Notes under the pieces: generated by a model
What the model was told of the DNA's origin: nothing
Databases searched by the model: none
Seen by the model: the letters and a program-made list of their open reading frames with translations, nothing else
Translations under genes and position numbers: made by a program
In this document: positions 1 to 10,139 of the stretch, one piece after another
How positions within the stretch are numbered: position 1 is the stretch's first letter
Layout: each line of letters starts with the position of its first letter
Source: Octopus sinensis
Taxonomy: Eukaryota
Assembly (NCBI RefSeq): GCF_006345805.1
Contig: NC_043024.1
Location: 620,001 to 684,000 of the forward strand
Reading direction: 5' to 3'
DNA length: 64,000 nt

Positions 1-384
1 TCTTGTGCCAACATTTGAAATCATACTTATTATTATCCTTTTGGGGCGATAAATGAAATACCAGTGAAACAGTGGGGGGGGGGGCGATATAATTGACTAG
101 GCCCCTCCTCTCAAATCTCAGGCTCTTGTGCCTTTAGCAAAACGAGCTGGCAGAATGGTTAGCACGCTGGGCAGAATGGTTAGCTGCATTTTGTCCGTCT
201 TGACAGTCTTGAGTTCAAATTCTGCCATTGTTGACTTTGTCTTTCATCCTTTTAGAGTTGATAAACAAATTCCCAGTTAAGCCCTGGGACTGATGTAATC
301 AACTCACCTCCCTCCTCACCAACCTGCTGGCTTTATGCCAAAATTTAAAACCATTATTATTGTTGTTGTTTTCTGTTTCTATAG

Positions 385-493
385 GTATTGGCATCGTTCT
401 TTAAATCCTCGGAAACTCATTGAAGTACGATTCTCTCACCTGGGGCGCAATATGACAATGCAAAGGACTCTAAAGTTTTATAAACTACCTGAC
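385..493 (+). CDS. NMT: N-myristoyltransferase internal exon (R)[36 protein letters not shown]
   Basis: Peptide matches the conserved NMT motif [15 protein letters not shown]. Acceptor ttctatag at 383-384, donor gtgagt at 494. 109 nt, phase 2 to phase 0. Upstream exons lie outside the window. Confidence 0.97.
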
Positions 494-732
494 GTGAGTG
501 TTTTTACCAACCAAACTTCTTGTTTAACCTGTTAAATGCTATATTTGGAAATATTGTATGAGCTGTACCCTTAATTGGGAATAGATGAGTCTAGAAAGCT
601 AACCCTAACCCTAATATTGCTGCTTCTCTCTTGACTTGAGTCCATTCTCTTGGGTGACATTTCCTAGACTAATTCGCTGAAGGAACCCTCTTTTTGAAAG
701 AGTAAAAAACAGCAACATCTGAAGACTTAGAT

Positions 733-1095
733 CAGTGGTTCTCAACCAGAGTCCAAATGACCCTTGGGGGTCCATATAAGATCCCAAAGTTTATGAGCAA
801 AATAGATTTGTTATACTTCTACAAAATGCAAAATATTTTAACACTTTTTCTTATACAATTTTGAAAGATTTTAAATTATTTTTTTATTCTTTTTCTTGTT
901 TCCGTCATTTGACTGCAGCCATGCTGGAGCACCACCTTGAAGGGTTTTAGTCAAACTAATCAATCTCAGGACTTATTTTGTAAGCCTGGTACTTATTCTA
1001 TTGTCTCTTTTGCTGAACTGCTTGGTTATGGGGACTTAAAGACACCAATACTGGTTGTCAAGCGGTGATGAGGACACACATATACACACACGTAT

Positions 1096-1126
<31 letters not shown>

Positions 1127-1389
1127 CAATGGGTTTCTTTCAGTTTTCATCTACCAAATCCACTCACAAGGCTTTGATTGGCCCAAGGCTATAGTAGGAG
1201 ACACTTGCCCAGTTGCCATGCTGTGGAACTAAATCCAGAACCATGTGGTTGGGAAGCAAGCCCCTTAACACATGGTCACACATGTGCCTATAAAACTATA
1301 ATAGAAACTTTTATATAACAGGGGTGTCCAGTAGAGTAAAATAGGAACCAAAGGGGGGTCCATAGGCATAAAATGGTTGAGAACCACTG
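733..1389. mobile_element. hAT-type MITE interrupted by a SINE
   Basis: 15-bp TIRs cagtggttctcaacc / ggttgagaaccactg. Flanking 8-mers acttagat and gctgagat (6/8 match) resemble a decayed 8-bp TSD. Related copies at about 2975-3160 and 3430-3540. Confidence 0.7.
884..1290 (-). mobile_element. tRNA-derived SINE family B (representative copy)
   Basis: Head tggctgtgtggtaagaagcttgcttcccaaccacatggttccgggttcagtcccactg with internal (CA)n/(TA)n. Other copies, same strand: about 19255-19850, 30615-30965, 42220-42470, 53110-53400, 56555-56920, 58010-58350, 61950-62370. Opposite strand: about 1440-1790, 14200-14530, 20060-20370, 27300-27600, 35980-36560, 40460-40620, 47130-47300, 48495-48880, 56020-56290, 63465-63640. 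Confidence 0.9.
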
Positions 1390-2776
1390 GCTGAGATAGA
1401 AATTGACAAACCTGTGACTTAACTCTTTAGCATTTAAACCAGCTGTATGGTAAGAAGCTTGCTTCCCAATCATATGGCTCCTGGTTCAGTCCCACTGCGT
1501 AGCACCTTGGGCAAGTGTCTTCTTCTATAGCCTCAGGCCAACCAAAGCTTTGGGAATAGATATGGTAGACAGAAATGGAAAGATGCCTTTTGTGTGTGTG
1601 TGTTTGTCACCCCACCACCACTTGACAACCAGTACTGATGTGTTTACATCCTCATAACTTAGTGGTTCAGCAAACCAGACTGATAGAATAAGTGTCAGAC
1701 TTTGGGGTTGATACATTTGACTAAAAATTCTTCAAGGTGGTACCCCAGTATGGCCACTGCCTAATGGCAGAAACAAGCAAAAGACAAAAGATATATCTGG
1801 CCCAAAACATTCAACCTGTTTTCTCTTCAAACTGGTCAGTGCTTTCCTAGAATATTGGCCTTCTTGCCTGGACAGTGGGATGGTGTCATTTGAAAGCTAA
1901 AACAATGCAAAGTGCATTGTGACCAGCAATAGTCTGGTGGATACCCAAATATACCCTGATATATAACACGCTACTTTCAGTTTCCATCATGTACTTTTCC
2001 ATGATGTTACACAGTGATATTGAACTCCAAGCTCTGTGACTGCAGAGCAAATTTTTAAACCACATAGCCATGCTTGCACCTATAAATCTGCAGTGTGTGT
2101 CTGTGTATATCTATACCTGTCTTTCATATATGTGTGTGTGTGTGTGTACCTGTATACATTACCTGTCTTTATATATATATATGTGTATGTGTGTGTGCAT
2201 CTGTGTATGTAGTTATATGACAGTGGGATCAGTCCACAACACTCTCTAAGGAGCACAAGGCCAATTTCATAGTTTCCCTAACCCCAACCCTAATTCCTCC
2301 CTGGACAATATGCCAGTCTGTCTTAGGGTTAGTCATTTTAACCAGCTGAAATCAGACTGGAGTCTGGTGCAGCTCTCCAGCTTGCCAGCTCTGTTCAAAC
2401 CATCTAACCCATGGACAATGGATATTAAATAATAATAATGATGATGATGAGTAGATTGGAGCAATGTGAAATATCACCCAGCCCAGGAATCAAAATTACA
2501 ATCTCTCAATCAGGAGTCCAACACTTTAACCACTAAGCCATTCACCTCCACTCTGTGTGTGTATGATTATCTTTAACGAAGTTCATGATTTTATTGACGC
2601 AGTCTTCTTGAATAATATAAGCAAAGCTCTTGGTCAAAGCTAATTTTATAATAAATTAACTTCTACTTTTCATATTGAGACCTTGTCTCCCTTCAGTAAA
2701 TGTTCTATTGTGATTCCTTAAAATTCCTTAAAAAATAACAACCGAAGAATTAAAATATGTATTCTGTCTTTTCCAG

Positions 2777-2848
2777 CAAACTAAAACTCCAGGTTTCCGA
2801 GATTTAAGAATAGAGGATGTGGAAAATGCCTATCAGCTTGTATTGAAG
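2777..2848 (+). CDS. NMT: NMT exon QTKTPGFRDLRIEDVENAYQLVLK
   Basis: Acceptor cttttccag, donor gtttgt, 72 nt in frame. Aligns to the NMT segment [22 protein letters not shown]. Confidence 0.9.
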
Positions 2849-3644
2849 GTTTGTTAATATCTCTGACTCTGTCTATCTGTACTCGTTGATATGTACACAC
2901 CATTGACCAAAGTATTTTCTCTCTTACCATTACAGTATCTTTATAATAAAAAAATATATATCCGACTGGTTAACACAGTGGTTCTCCACCATTTTCTACC
3001 TACAGGCCCTTTTGATTCCTATTTGACTCAAATGGAAGACCCCAGTAGCTATTTTATGTCTAAAAACTTCCATTATATTTTTTATGATTAAATATTGTTA
3101 GGAATTGTATTAAAAATTTGTTAAAAATATTTTGTGTTGTAAAAGTTCAACTGATTTATTGCATGTAAATTTTAACAACAGCATCTTTTGTGGAGCCCAT
3201 TTGAGAAGCACTGACCTAGAGGCTCTCTCACATCAAACAGGACAGTGTTTCTCAAGTTGACAAATGTCGGCTGCACCCCTTTTCCCATCTCCATGGAAAC
3301 ATTTGTCCTCTGCACTTTCTTTATCAATGAGGAAGACTTGAAGCAGACCGGGAGAAAAAAATGTCCTTGGTCAGGTTGTGAATGGTGAGAGAAGGACTTG
3401 GATAAACTTGATTGATTGATGGATTGAATCAGTGGTTTTCAACCATCTTTCTACCTTAGGACCCCTATGGTTCCTATTTTATTCAAGTGGACCCTCGTAG
3501 CCAGCTATTGTATTTTTTCAATATTGGGATTGTATAAACCCCCAGTTTAACACAAACCTACTCTCCTTCCTTCCCTCGACACACAAACTGTCGATGCATT
3601 CTCTGTCTCATTCTTTCTCTTTCTTTCTGAAAACCTGTGGGTAT

Positions 3645-3930
3645 TTGGCTCAGGATTGTAAGGTCATGAGTTCAATTCCTGACAACAAGTGGTGTCCTTG
3701 AGCATGACACTTTATTTCACACTTCCCCAGTCTGTGCAGCTGGCAAAAATAAGCTGTACCTGTGATTCAAAGGGCATCCTTGTCATTTTTCCGTGTGAAA
3801 ACGAATCTCCCTCAGAACTACGTTAGGGGTATAAGTGTCTGTGGGTATTCAGCCACATTAATCTCACAAGCAGGCTGTTTCATTAATCAAATCAACTGGA
3901 ACCCTTGTCATAATTGACAGAGAGCTAGGC
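3645..3930 (+). mobile_element. tRNA-derived SINE family D (representative copy)
   Basis: gagttcaattcc...tgtccttgagcaagacactttatttcac...ctccctgagaactacgttaagggtaca. Copies at about 28335-28660 (+), 18460-18770, 20395-20620 and 21040-21310 (-). Confidence 0.85.
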
Positions 3931-4152
3931 CTTTGTTTCTTACTCTTTCTCTGTTTTCTCCACTCTTTCTCACCCTTTCTCTGTTTTCCTTGTCCTTTCT
4001 CCTATCTCTCTCTCTCTACTTCATTCCCTCTCTCCCTTTCTGCACAAAACATTGACCCTTTCTCTTTCATTCCCTCCCACCACAATAACTCTGCTCACTC
4101 TACACACTCACACATTGCCCAGCCATTCATTCTGTTCCTTATCTCATTGCAG

Positions 4153-4251
4153 TATCTCCATAAATTCGACCTAGCACCTATATTCAGTGAAAAGGAGTTT
4201 AGACACTGGTTTCTGCCACGTCCTGGAATAGTAGACAGCTATGTCGTTGAG
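4153..4251 (+). CDS. NMT: NMT exon [33 protein letters not shown]
   Basis: Acceptor cattgcag, donor gtgagt, 99 nt in frame. Matches NMT [33 protein letters not shown]. Confidence 0.95.
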
Positions 4252-4269
4252 GTGAGTTAAGTCGAAAAC

Positions 4270-4860
4270 TCTTTAGCATTTCGACCAGCAGCAGCAGCTG
4301 TATCCAACCCAAATATTCTATATGTTTTATGTTCAAACCAGCCAGATCTGACCTCTCACACCTACCCTACAATGTCGTTCTAAAAATCAATCACATTATT
4401 GAAATCTTGAAGCCACTGGATAATGCATGATTAATTCAAAACAATGTGAATAAATAAACATTACATTTGACAGACTAATGTGAATGCTAAAGGGTTAAAC
4501 TGGCCAGATTTGGCCTCTCACACCTACCCTACAATGTCATTCTAAATATAAACAATGACATCATTGAAATCTCAAAGCTTTGAGATAATGCATGGTTAAT
4601 TCAAAATAATGTGAATAGATAAAGATTACATTTGAGAGAGTAATCTGAATGATAAAAGGGTTAAACTGGGTATATCCAGCCCAAATATTCTGACTTAGGT
4701 TCAGATCAGCCATATCTGGCTTCACGCACCTTCCCTACAATGTCATTCTAAAACTAAATAGTCACATCCGTCCAATAGCAAAGCTATGAGATGATGCAGG
4801 ATTAATTTCAAAATGATGTGAATAAATAAGCATTACATTTGGCAGAATAATCTGAATTTG
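4270..4860. mobile_element. Three tandem units of a TTAA-CCCTTT-ended (piggyBac-like) MITE
   Basis: The unit ctctcacacctaccctacaatgtc...gataatgcatgattaattcaaaacaatgtgaataaata...aaagggttaa occurs three times. Single copies at about 11615-11825, 14790-14985, 47795-48025 and 57380-57610. Confidence 0.8.
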
Positions 4861-4886
4861 ATTTCTTCAGTTTTATGTGTTGTCTG

Positions 4887-5755
4887 TACAAGGTGGTATC
4901 AGAAAAGTTCCTGGACTAGTCCTGTAGTGTGTCCACAGATGGCAGCACATGGTCGCTTGCACAGTGAGAGCTAGCAGTGACCACCTTGAGGCAGTGTATC
5001 GGGTGACATCGCTATGCTTACTTCACAAGTTGTGAAATTTGTGTTTTTGTGATCGTATGTATGCTGTTGTAGTCTGATTCTGTAATGGACAGGAAGTTGG
5101 GACAAAGAGCCAACGTGGAATTTTGTGTTAAACTTGGGAAGTCTGCTACAGAGACATTGAGCATGCTTTGGCAAGCTTACAACGATGAGGCAATGGGTTG
5201 TATGCAATGTTCTGAGTGGCACGAGCACTTCAAAAGCAGAAGAACATCCCTGGAAGACGATGAGCAATCGGAAAGGCCTGCTATGAGTGTCACTCCCAGA
5301 AATGGGGAGAAACTTTATCAGCTTGTGCATGAGGATATTTGGAGGACAATCGACATCATTGGTGTGTTGTATGGGTCTGTGCAGGCAATCGTCATGACAA
5401 CAATGCACCCTGTCACCATGCTCTCCTCCTTTGTGAGTTTCTTGCCAAAAACATGGTATTACTTCTGCACCCACCTTATTTGCCAGATTTAGCACCTGTG
5501 ACTTCCATCTCTTCTCCAAGATGAAAATGCAGCTCAAAGATCACCATGTTAACACCGTTGATGAGATGAAGGGCGAATTACAGAAGGCCCTCGACCTGTT
5601 TATGGAAAACGATTTCCAAGCTGGAAAATATTGCTTATCTTTCTTTTTTACTTCCTTCTCTCTCTCTCCCTCTCCCCCCCACCTAACTTTCAGTTAGTTT
5701 TATTTTTTATTGATTAAATATAACTAGTCCAGGAACTCTTTGATACCACCTCATA
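4887..5755 (+). mobile_element. Internally deleted mariner (Tc1/mariner) transposon
   Basis: TIRs tacaaggtggtatcagaaaagttcctggactagt / actagtccaggaactctttgataccacctcata. Transposase remnants: N-terminal QRANVEFCVKLGKSATET...AYNDEAM and catalytic HDNNAPCH...LHPPYLPDLAP. Confidence 0.92.
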
Positions 5756-5829
5756 TATATATATGTGTGTGTGTGTGTGTGATATATGTTATATATATGT
5801 TATATATATGTTATATATATATATATATT

Positions 5830-5956
5830 ATATTAAATTAGAGATAAAACCACTATTAGGCAAATCAAACAGTGAAAAACATAAGCCAATACATAAAATT
5901 AATTTAAAAATATAAAAGTTAAAAATAAAAAATTATTTAAATAATCTAAACTTATA

Positions 5957-6009
<53 letters not shown>

Positions 6010-6088
6010 CAAATATATATATTTATGTATGTACATTTTTATATTTATATATTATTTTATTTATTTATTAATTTATTTATTTATTTAT

Positions 6089-6120
<32 letters not shown>

Positions 6121-7610
6121 TTTTATATCAAAAGTATTAAAAGTTTAATAAAAGATAAAGAGTAAAACACTACGATCGTTTCATGGCTGTACCAATTCGA
6201 ATAACAATAATTTAAATTCAATTAATAATTCGAGTTATGGTTACAGTCAATCTTCAGGTTAATTGAAATATTTTAAAAATAATCAGAAATATTTTAAAAA
6301 TATTTTAAAGATATAAATAATATAATAATTTTACTTATAATAAACTCTATTATCAAACTAGAAACTTAAAACTTAACAATTATGATTATATCAAAATCGA
6401 TTATAATGTTAAATATTAATTTTAATTTATAAGGTAGGAAACCCACCAATAATCTAATATCGCTAATAGTCTATATCTAATTACATAAATATTTTTAAAG
6501 AAAAAATGACTATTATATATAAATTATCAATGAAAATATATAAATGTATATAAATATTATAATTAAAATCTAAAATAATCTCTATAAATAAATATATATG
6601 CATGTATAATAAAAACCTAATAAATTAATTTTTCATATTTAAAGATGAAATAGCTAATTTCAAAAATACAAACAAACAAACTTAAACGAACTTTCGGAAA
6701 TCTTATGTAAAATACTTATAGAAATAATCAATTCGTAGTTATATAGTATCGAATAAATACTATAAATACTATAAATATAATTAGCGAATATCAATTTAAA
6801 AATACAATAACTAAGTTATGCTATTAAGTTAGACATGGCCTGGACCAATCTTTAGTCGAAACATATCAAAGTTTATCAAATTTTAATTATAAGAAATTTA
6901 AAACTACAATTAATACTATTAATACATGTATATACAAAAGCCTAACTTTAGACACCTTGTATACTTGCTATCAAACAACAAATCTATCGCTAAGTAGTAT
7001 CTTACTTAAATTTAATATCTAATAATATAGAAAATTACGATAATTAGATCATTACATAAACAACGATATTTACATAAGGAAAATATTATTACACCAAAGA
7101 CTTATAAAATATTAAAATTTACAATTTAAAGATCTTAAATATAAATAAATACTTATCTTAGCGAGGTTTATATATGAAATGCGGAGTAGATGAAACAGAG
7201 GTGACTGAAGAAGGGGAATTTTCCTTGTGTTGTATGTCCTGTACTCTATTTTTTCGTTGTTTAAGAAAAATGTCCATTTCCTTGGTTTTGTGTTTATGTT
7301 TATGTTTCTCATTGTGTTCGACGTTTTTTTAGTGTCCTGTACCCATATATGCATGTAGAGGTAGGTACGTACATATATGTATGTATGTATATATGCATAT
7401 GTTTTATTTATTAATTTGTTATATACATACATAGGATGAATAATGAAATTGTGCTGAGATAAGTTTATAAATGAACAAAGAAAACATTGCAACAATTCCA
7501 AAGCGAAATGCAACAATGGCAAAACAGTGACTGAAATTGCTAATGATGGCAAATGAACTGTTTGTAGCACAGTAAGTGTGCTAAGGCGAAACGAGTAAAT
7601 CCACAACATA
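5830..7610. mobile_element. Extremely AT-rich decayed Penelope-like element (tentative)
   Basis: Bounded by (TA)n. Hammerhead-like motifs in opposite orientation near both ends (6161-6262 on -, 7540-7600 on +). A stop-riddled + frame near 7040-7140 (DHYINNDIYIRKILLHQRLIKY*NLQFKDLKYK) loosely recalls a GIY-YIG C-terminus. Confidence 0.45.
6161..6262 (-). ncRNA. Degenerate minimal type-I hammerhead ribozyme motif
   Basis: CUGAAGA (6257-6251), long stem II (CUGUA/UACAG, CCA/UGG, UCGAAU/AUUCGA), GAAA, palindromic stem III ACGAUCGU, GUA triplet. Stem I is decayed. Confidence 0.55.
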
Positions 7611-7627
7611 TATATATATTTTATTAT

Positions 7628-7786
7628 AATTAAGGGTATCTAAGAGATACCACCATCCTAGAGATAGCAGTCAAAACTTGTCTGTTTGTCTTTTCACCTT
7701 GTGCTGTATGAATACATGAAGTGGTTTTAGAGTCAAGTTTTGACTGCTATCTCTAGCATGGTGGTATCTCTTAGGTACACTTAATT
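7628..7786. mobile_element. Fold-back MITE with about 50-bp TIRs
   Basis: taagggtatctaagagataccaccatcctagagatagcagtcaaaacttg (7631-7680) is the near-perfect reverse complement of 7734-7783 (3 mismatches). Confidence 0.85.
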
Positions 7787-7901
7787 CTAATTCTACTAAT
7801 AATACCTATATGGTTTTTATTCCTATGCTGGCCACTTGATATGATTGGTAATTTAAATAACGATCTTATCCTTATTAATGTGACTCCTCGTCTTCTTCCA
7901 G

Positions 7902-8066
7902 AATGATGGTAAAATTACTGACTTTGTCAGTTTCTACACTCTACCCTCCACCGTGATGCATCATCCAGTCCACAAAACCCTCAAAGCAGCTTATTCCTTC
8001 TACAATGTCAGCACTCAGACGCCCTGGCTCGACCTTATGCAAGACGCCCTTGTTGTAGCGAAAAAT
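7902..8066 (+). CDS. NMT: NMT exon [55 protein letters not shown]
   Basis: Acceptor tcttcttccag, donor gtaagt, 165 nt. Contains the highly conserved SFYTLPST and LKAAYSFYN motifs. Confidence 0.98.
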
Positions 8067-8339
8067 GTAAGTATTTTGCCAAGTGATGATGGTGTCGAAT
8101 GTAATGACCCATATCTTATACAAATGAGAAGACGAAAAAGAATAAAAAACAATTGTATGGAAATATATGTCTGCCCTTTACTCTTTGATATAAGATCCCT
8201 CAACATTAAACCAACTAAAAAAAACTAGAAACAATTGTTTTCCCCTTAAATAGTACACATACACATTCTCTCTCTCTCTTTCTCCCTTAAGTAACAGTTT
8301 CTAATGATACCACCACATATGTGTATAAAGGGTAAGGGC

Positions 8340-8640
8340 AAAGACCCCATCCAGTCACGAATGACCATGGGATTACACCTAGAAAGTTCCCCTCTGAGGC
8401 ACAAGTTTGGGTGAGGTTGTTTATAGAAGACCAGCAGTTGCCCAAGCATACCAGCCTCCCTTCTCCATGCCATCAATGTTATGCAAGGGAAAGGCAAAGG
8501 GGCCGATACGGGTTGGCATCATTGACGTCGCAACTCATTTCTACAGTTGAACATGAAATAAAGTGTCTTGCTCAAGAACACAACAAACAACCTGGTCCAG
8601 GAATTGAACTCACTACCTCATGATTGTGAGGCATGCACCT
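8340..8640 (-). mobile_element. tRNA-derived SINE family C (representative copy)
   Basis: gaccatgggattgcacctagaaagttccc...ttgctcaagaacacaac. Copies at about 30165-30455 and 41365-41685 (-), 24810-25140 and 60505-60840 (+). Confidence 0.88.
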
Positions 8641-9232
8641 CCACACACACACACATGCACATATATATATATATACACACACAGAGTAAATGAAATATAA
8701 AGATTTCAGTCCACCTCTTTATATATATATATATATAGAGAGAATAAAAGGCATCAGAATTTTTGGGGGAAAATCCTTTTATTTCTTCATTATTATTAGT
8801 GTTTACGTTCCTTTCTAGAACTTCTCAAATGCAATTTTGTGAATGTACAAACAGCTTGATTTATATAAAGCAGATGTTTTTTGGGGGGTTTTGTTTAGAA
8901 GAGAATGTTGTATTTGTTTTTTGGGTGAGTTTCCATGACAATGGAGATGGGTAGGTAGAAATATAAGTAGGTCGATAGGGTGATAGATAGTCAGACAGAT
9001 AGACAGGTGGGTAAGAGGGAGAGAAGGAGTATCCACGTCTGTCTATCTACCTCAAGCCTAATGCTCCCTTCAACATGCCCAATGTCCCCTTGGGGGTGGT
9101 GCCGTCCATGTTGAAAACCTCTGAATTAATTAGTTGATTCGTCAGAGTTCTCTTTTTGCACACGTACACACACATTTACACACACAAATCATATATGCAT
9201 ACACAGTGTATATAATTTGTCTTTTGTTACAG

Positions 9233-9370
9233 ATGGGATTTGATGTTTTCAATGCTTTGGACCTGATGAACAACCGAGAATTCTTAGAGAAATTAAAGTT
9301 TGGCATTGGTGATGGCAATCTACAATATTACCTGTACAACTGGAAATGTACTCCAATGGAGGCCCATCAG
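9233..9370 (+). CDS. NMT: NMT exon [46 protein letters not shown]
   Basis: Acceptor ttttgttacag, donor gtgaaa, 138 nt. Contains the NMT signature FDVFNALD...[16 protein letters not shown]. Confidence 0.98.
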
Positions 9371-9766
9371 GTGAAATTTGCTGCATCTTTGTCTCTCTCC
9401 AACTGTTTACATGAATTCCGATTGAAGATCATTAACTGTGTACATAATGTCACATTTTATGATATTATCTACTTCCGTGTTAACTATTTTAAAATATTGC
9501 TTATCTTTCTTTTTTACTTCCTTCTCTCTCTCTCCCTCTCCCCCCCACCTAACTTTCAGTCTCTTTCCACTTCTTCCATGTCTGTCTCTCTTCCTCTCTC
9601 TCTCCTTTCCTTCTTTCCCTTTCTTCCTCTCCCTTTCTCCTTCTTCCCCTCTCCTTTCTCTTCTTATCTCCCCCTCTCTCTACACTCTTACCTACCTTTA
9701 TCTCTTTTTCTTTATACTCTCTCTCGTTTCACATCTTAATATTTCTTCTTTTCTCCTCCCATCCAG

Positions 9767-9787
9767 GTTGGTTTGGTCCTCCAATGA
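9767..9787 (+). CDS. NMT: NMT terminal coding exon VGLVLQ*
   Basis: Long polypyrimidine tract, then acceptor atccag. gtt ggt ttg gtc ctc caa tga gives the invariant NMT C-terminus. Confidence 0.96.
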   Translation, partial: VGLVLQ

Positions 9788-10100
9788 GAACTGTGTATGT
9801 ATATATAAAGTCACTTAAAACCATTTGTCTATTTGCACTGAAGAAGAAGAAGAAAATGATGATGGTGATGGTGATTCACTGAGCTGGTTGAGTTGTTTGC
9901 AGCTCTTCAATTCCTCCCCTCTAACCAATTCTACCACCACCACCACCACCACCCCACCAACAATAACAACAACAACAAACCAACCAACCAAACAATCATT
10001 CATTCACTGGACTGAAACTGCTGCTCTGCTGTGGCTTGCTTGCTTCTCTCACCCCTCCCCATCCCCTACTCATGGGGTCTACCAACATTATAATTAATCA

Positions 10101-10135
<35 letters not shown>

Positions 10136-10139
10136 CATC

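Noticed and set aside
143-350. tRNA-like A/B-box heads throughout the window
   Set aside because: They are SINE heads: no complete cloverleaf, and always followed by SINE bodies.
599-614. (CCCTAA)n telomere-like repeats (also about 2277-2293 and 37558-37568)
   Set aside because: Only 2-3 units. Too short to call interstitial telomeric sequence.
4270-4860. Regularly spaced repeats considered as a CRISPR-like array (also 10140-13200)
   Set aside because: Units are 200-nt transposon copies in a eukaryotic intron or UTR context, with no short repeat-spacer structure and no cas genes.
9134-9818. 201-aa and 126-aa ORFs around the NMT penultimate exon
   Set aside because: Read-through of a real exon into a CT-rich intron. 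The true C-terminus is the spliced VGLVLQ*.
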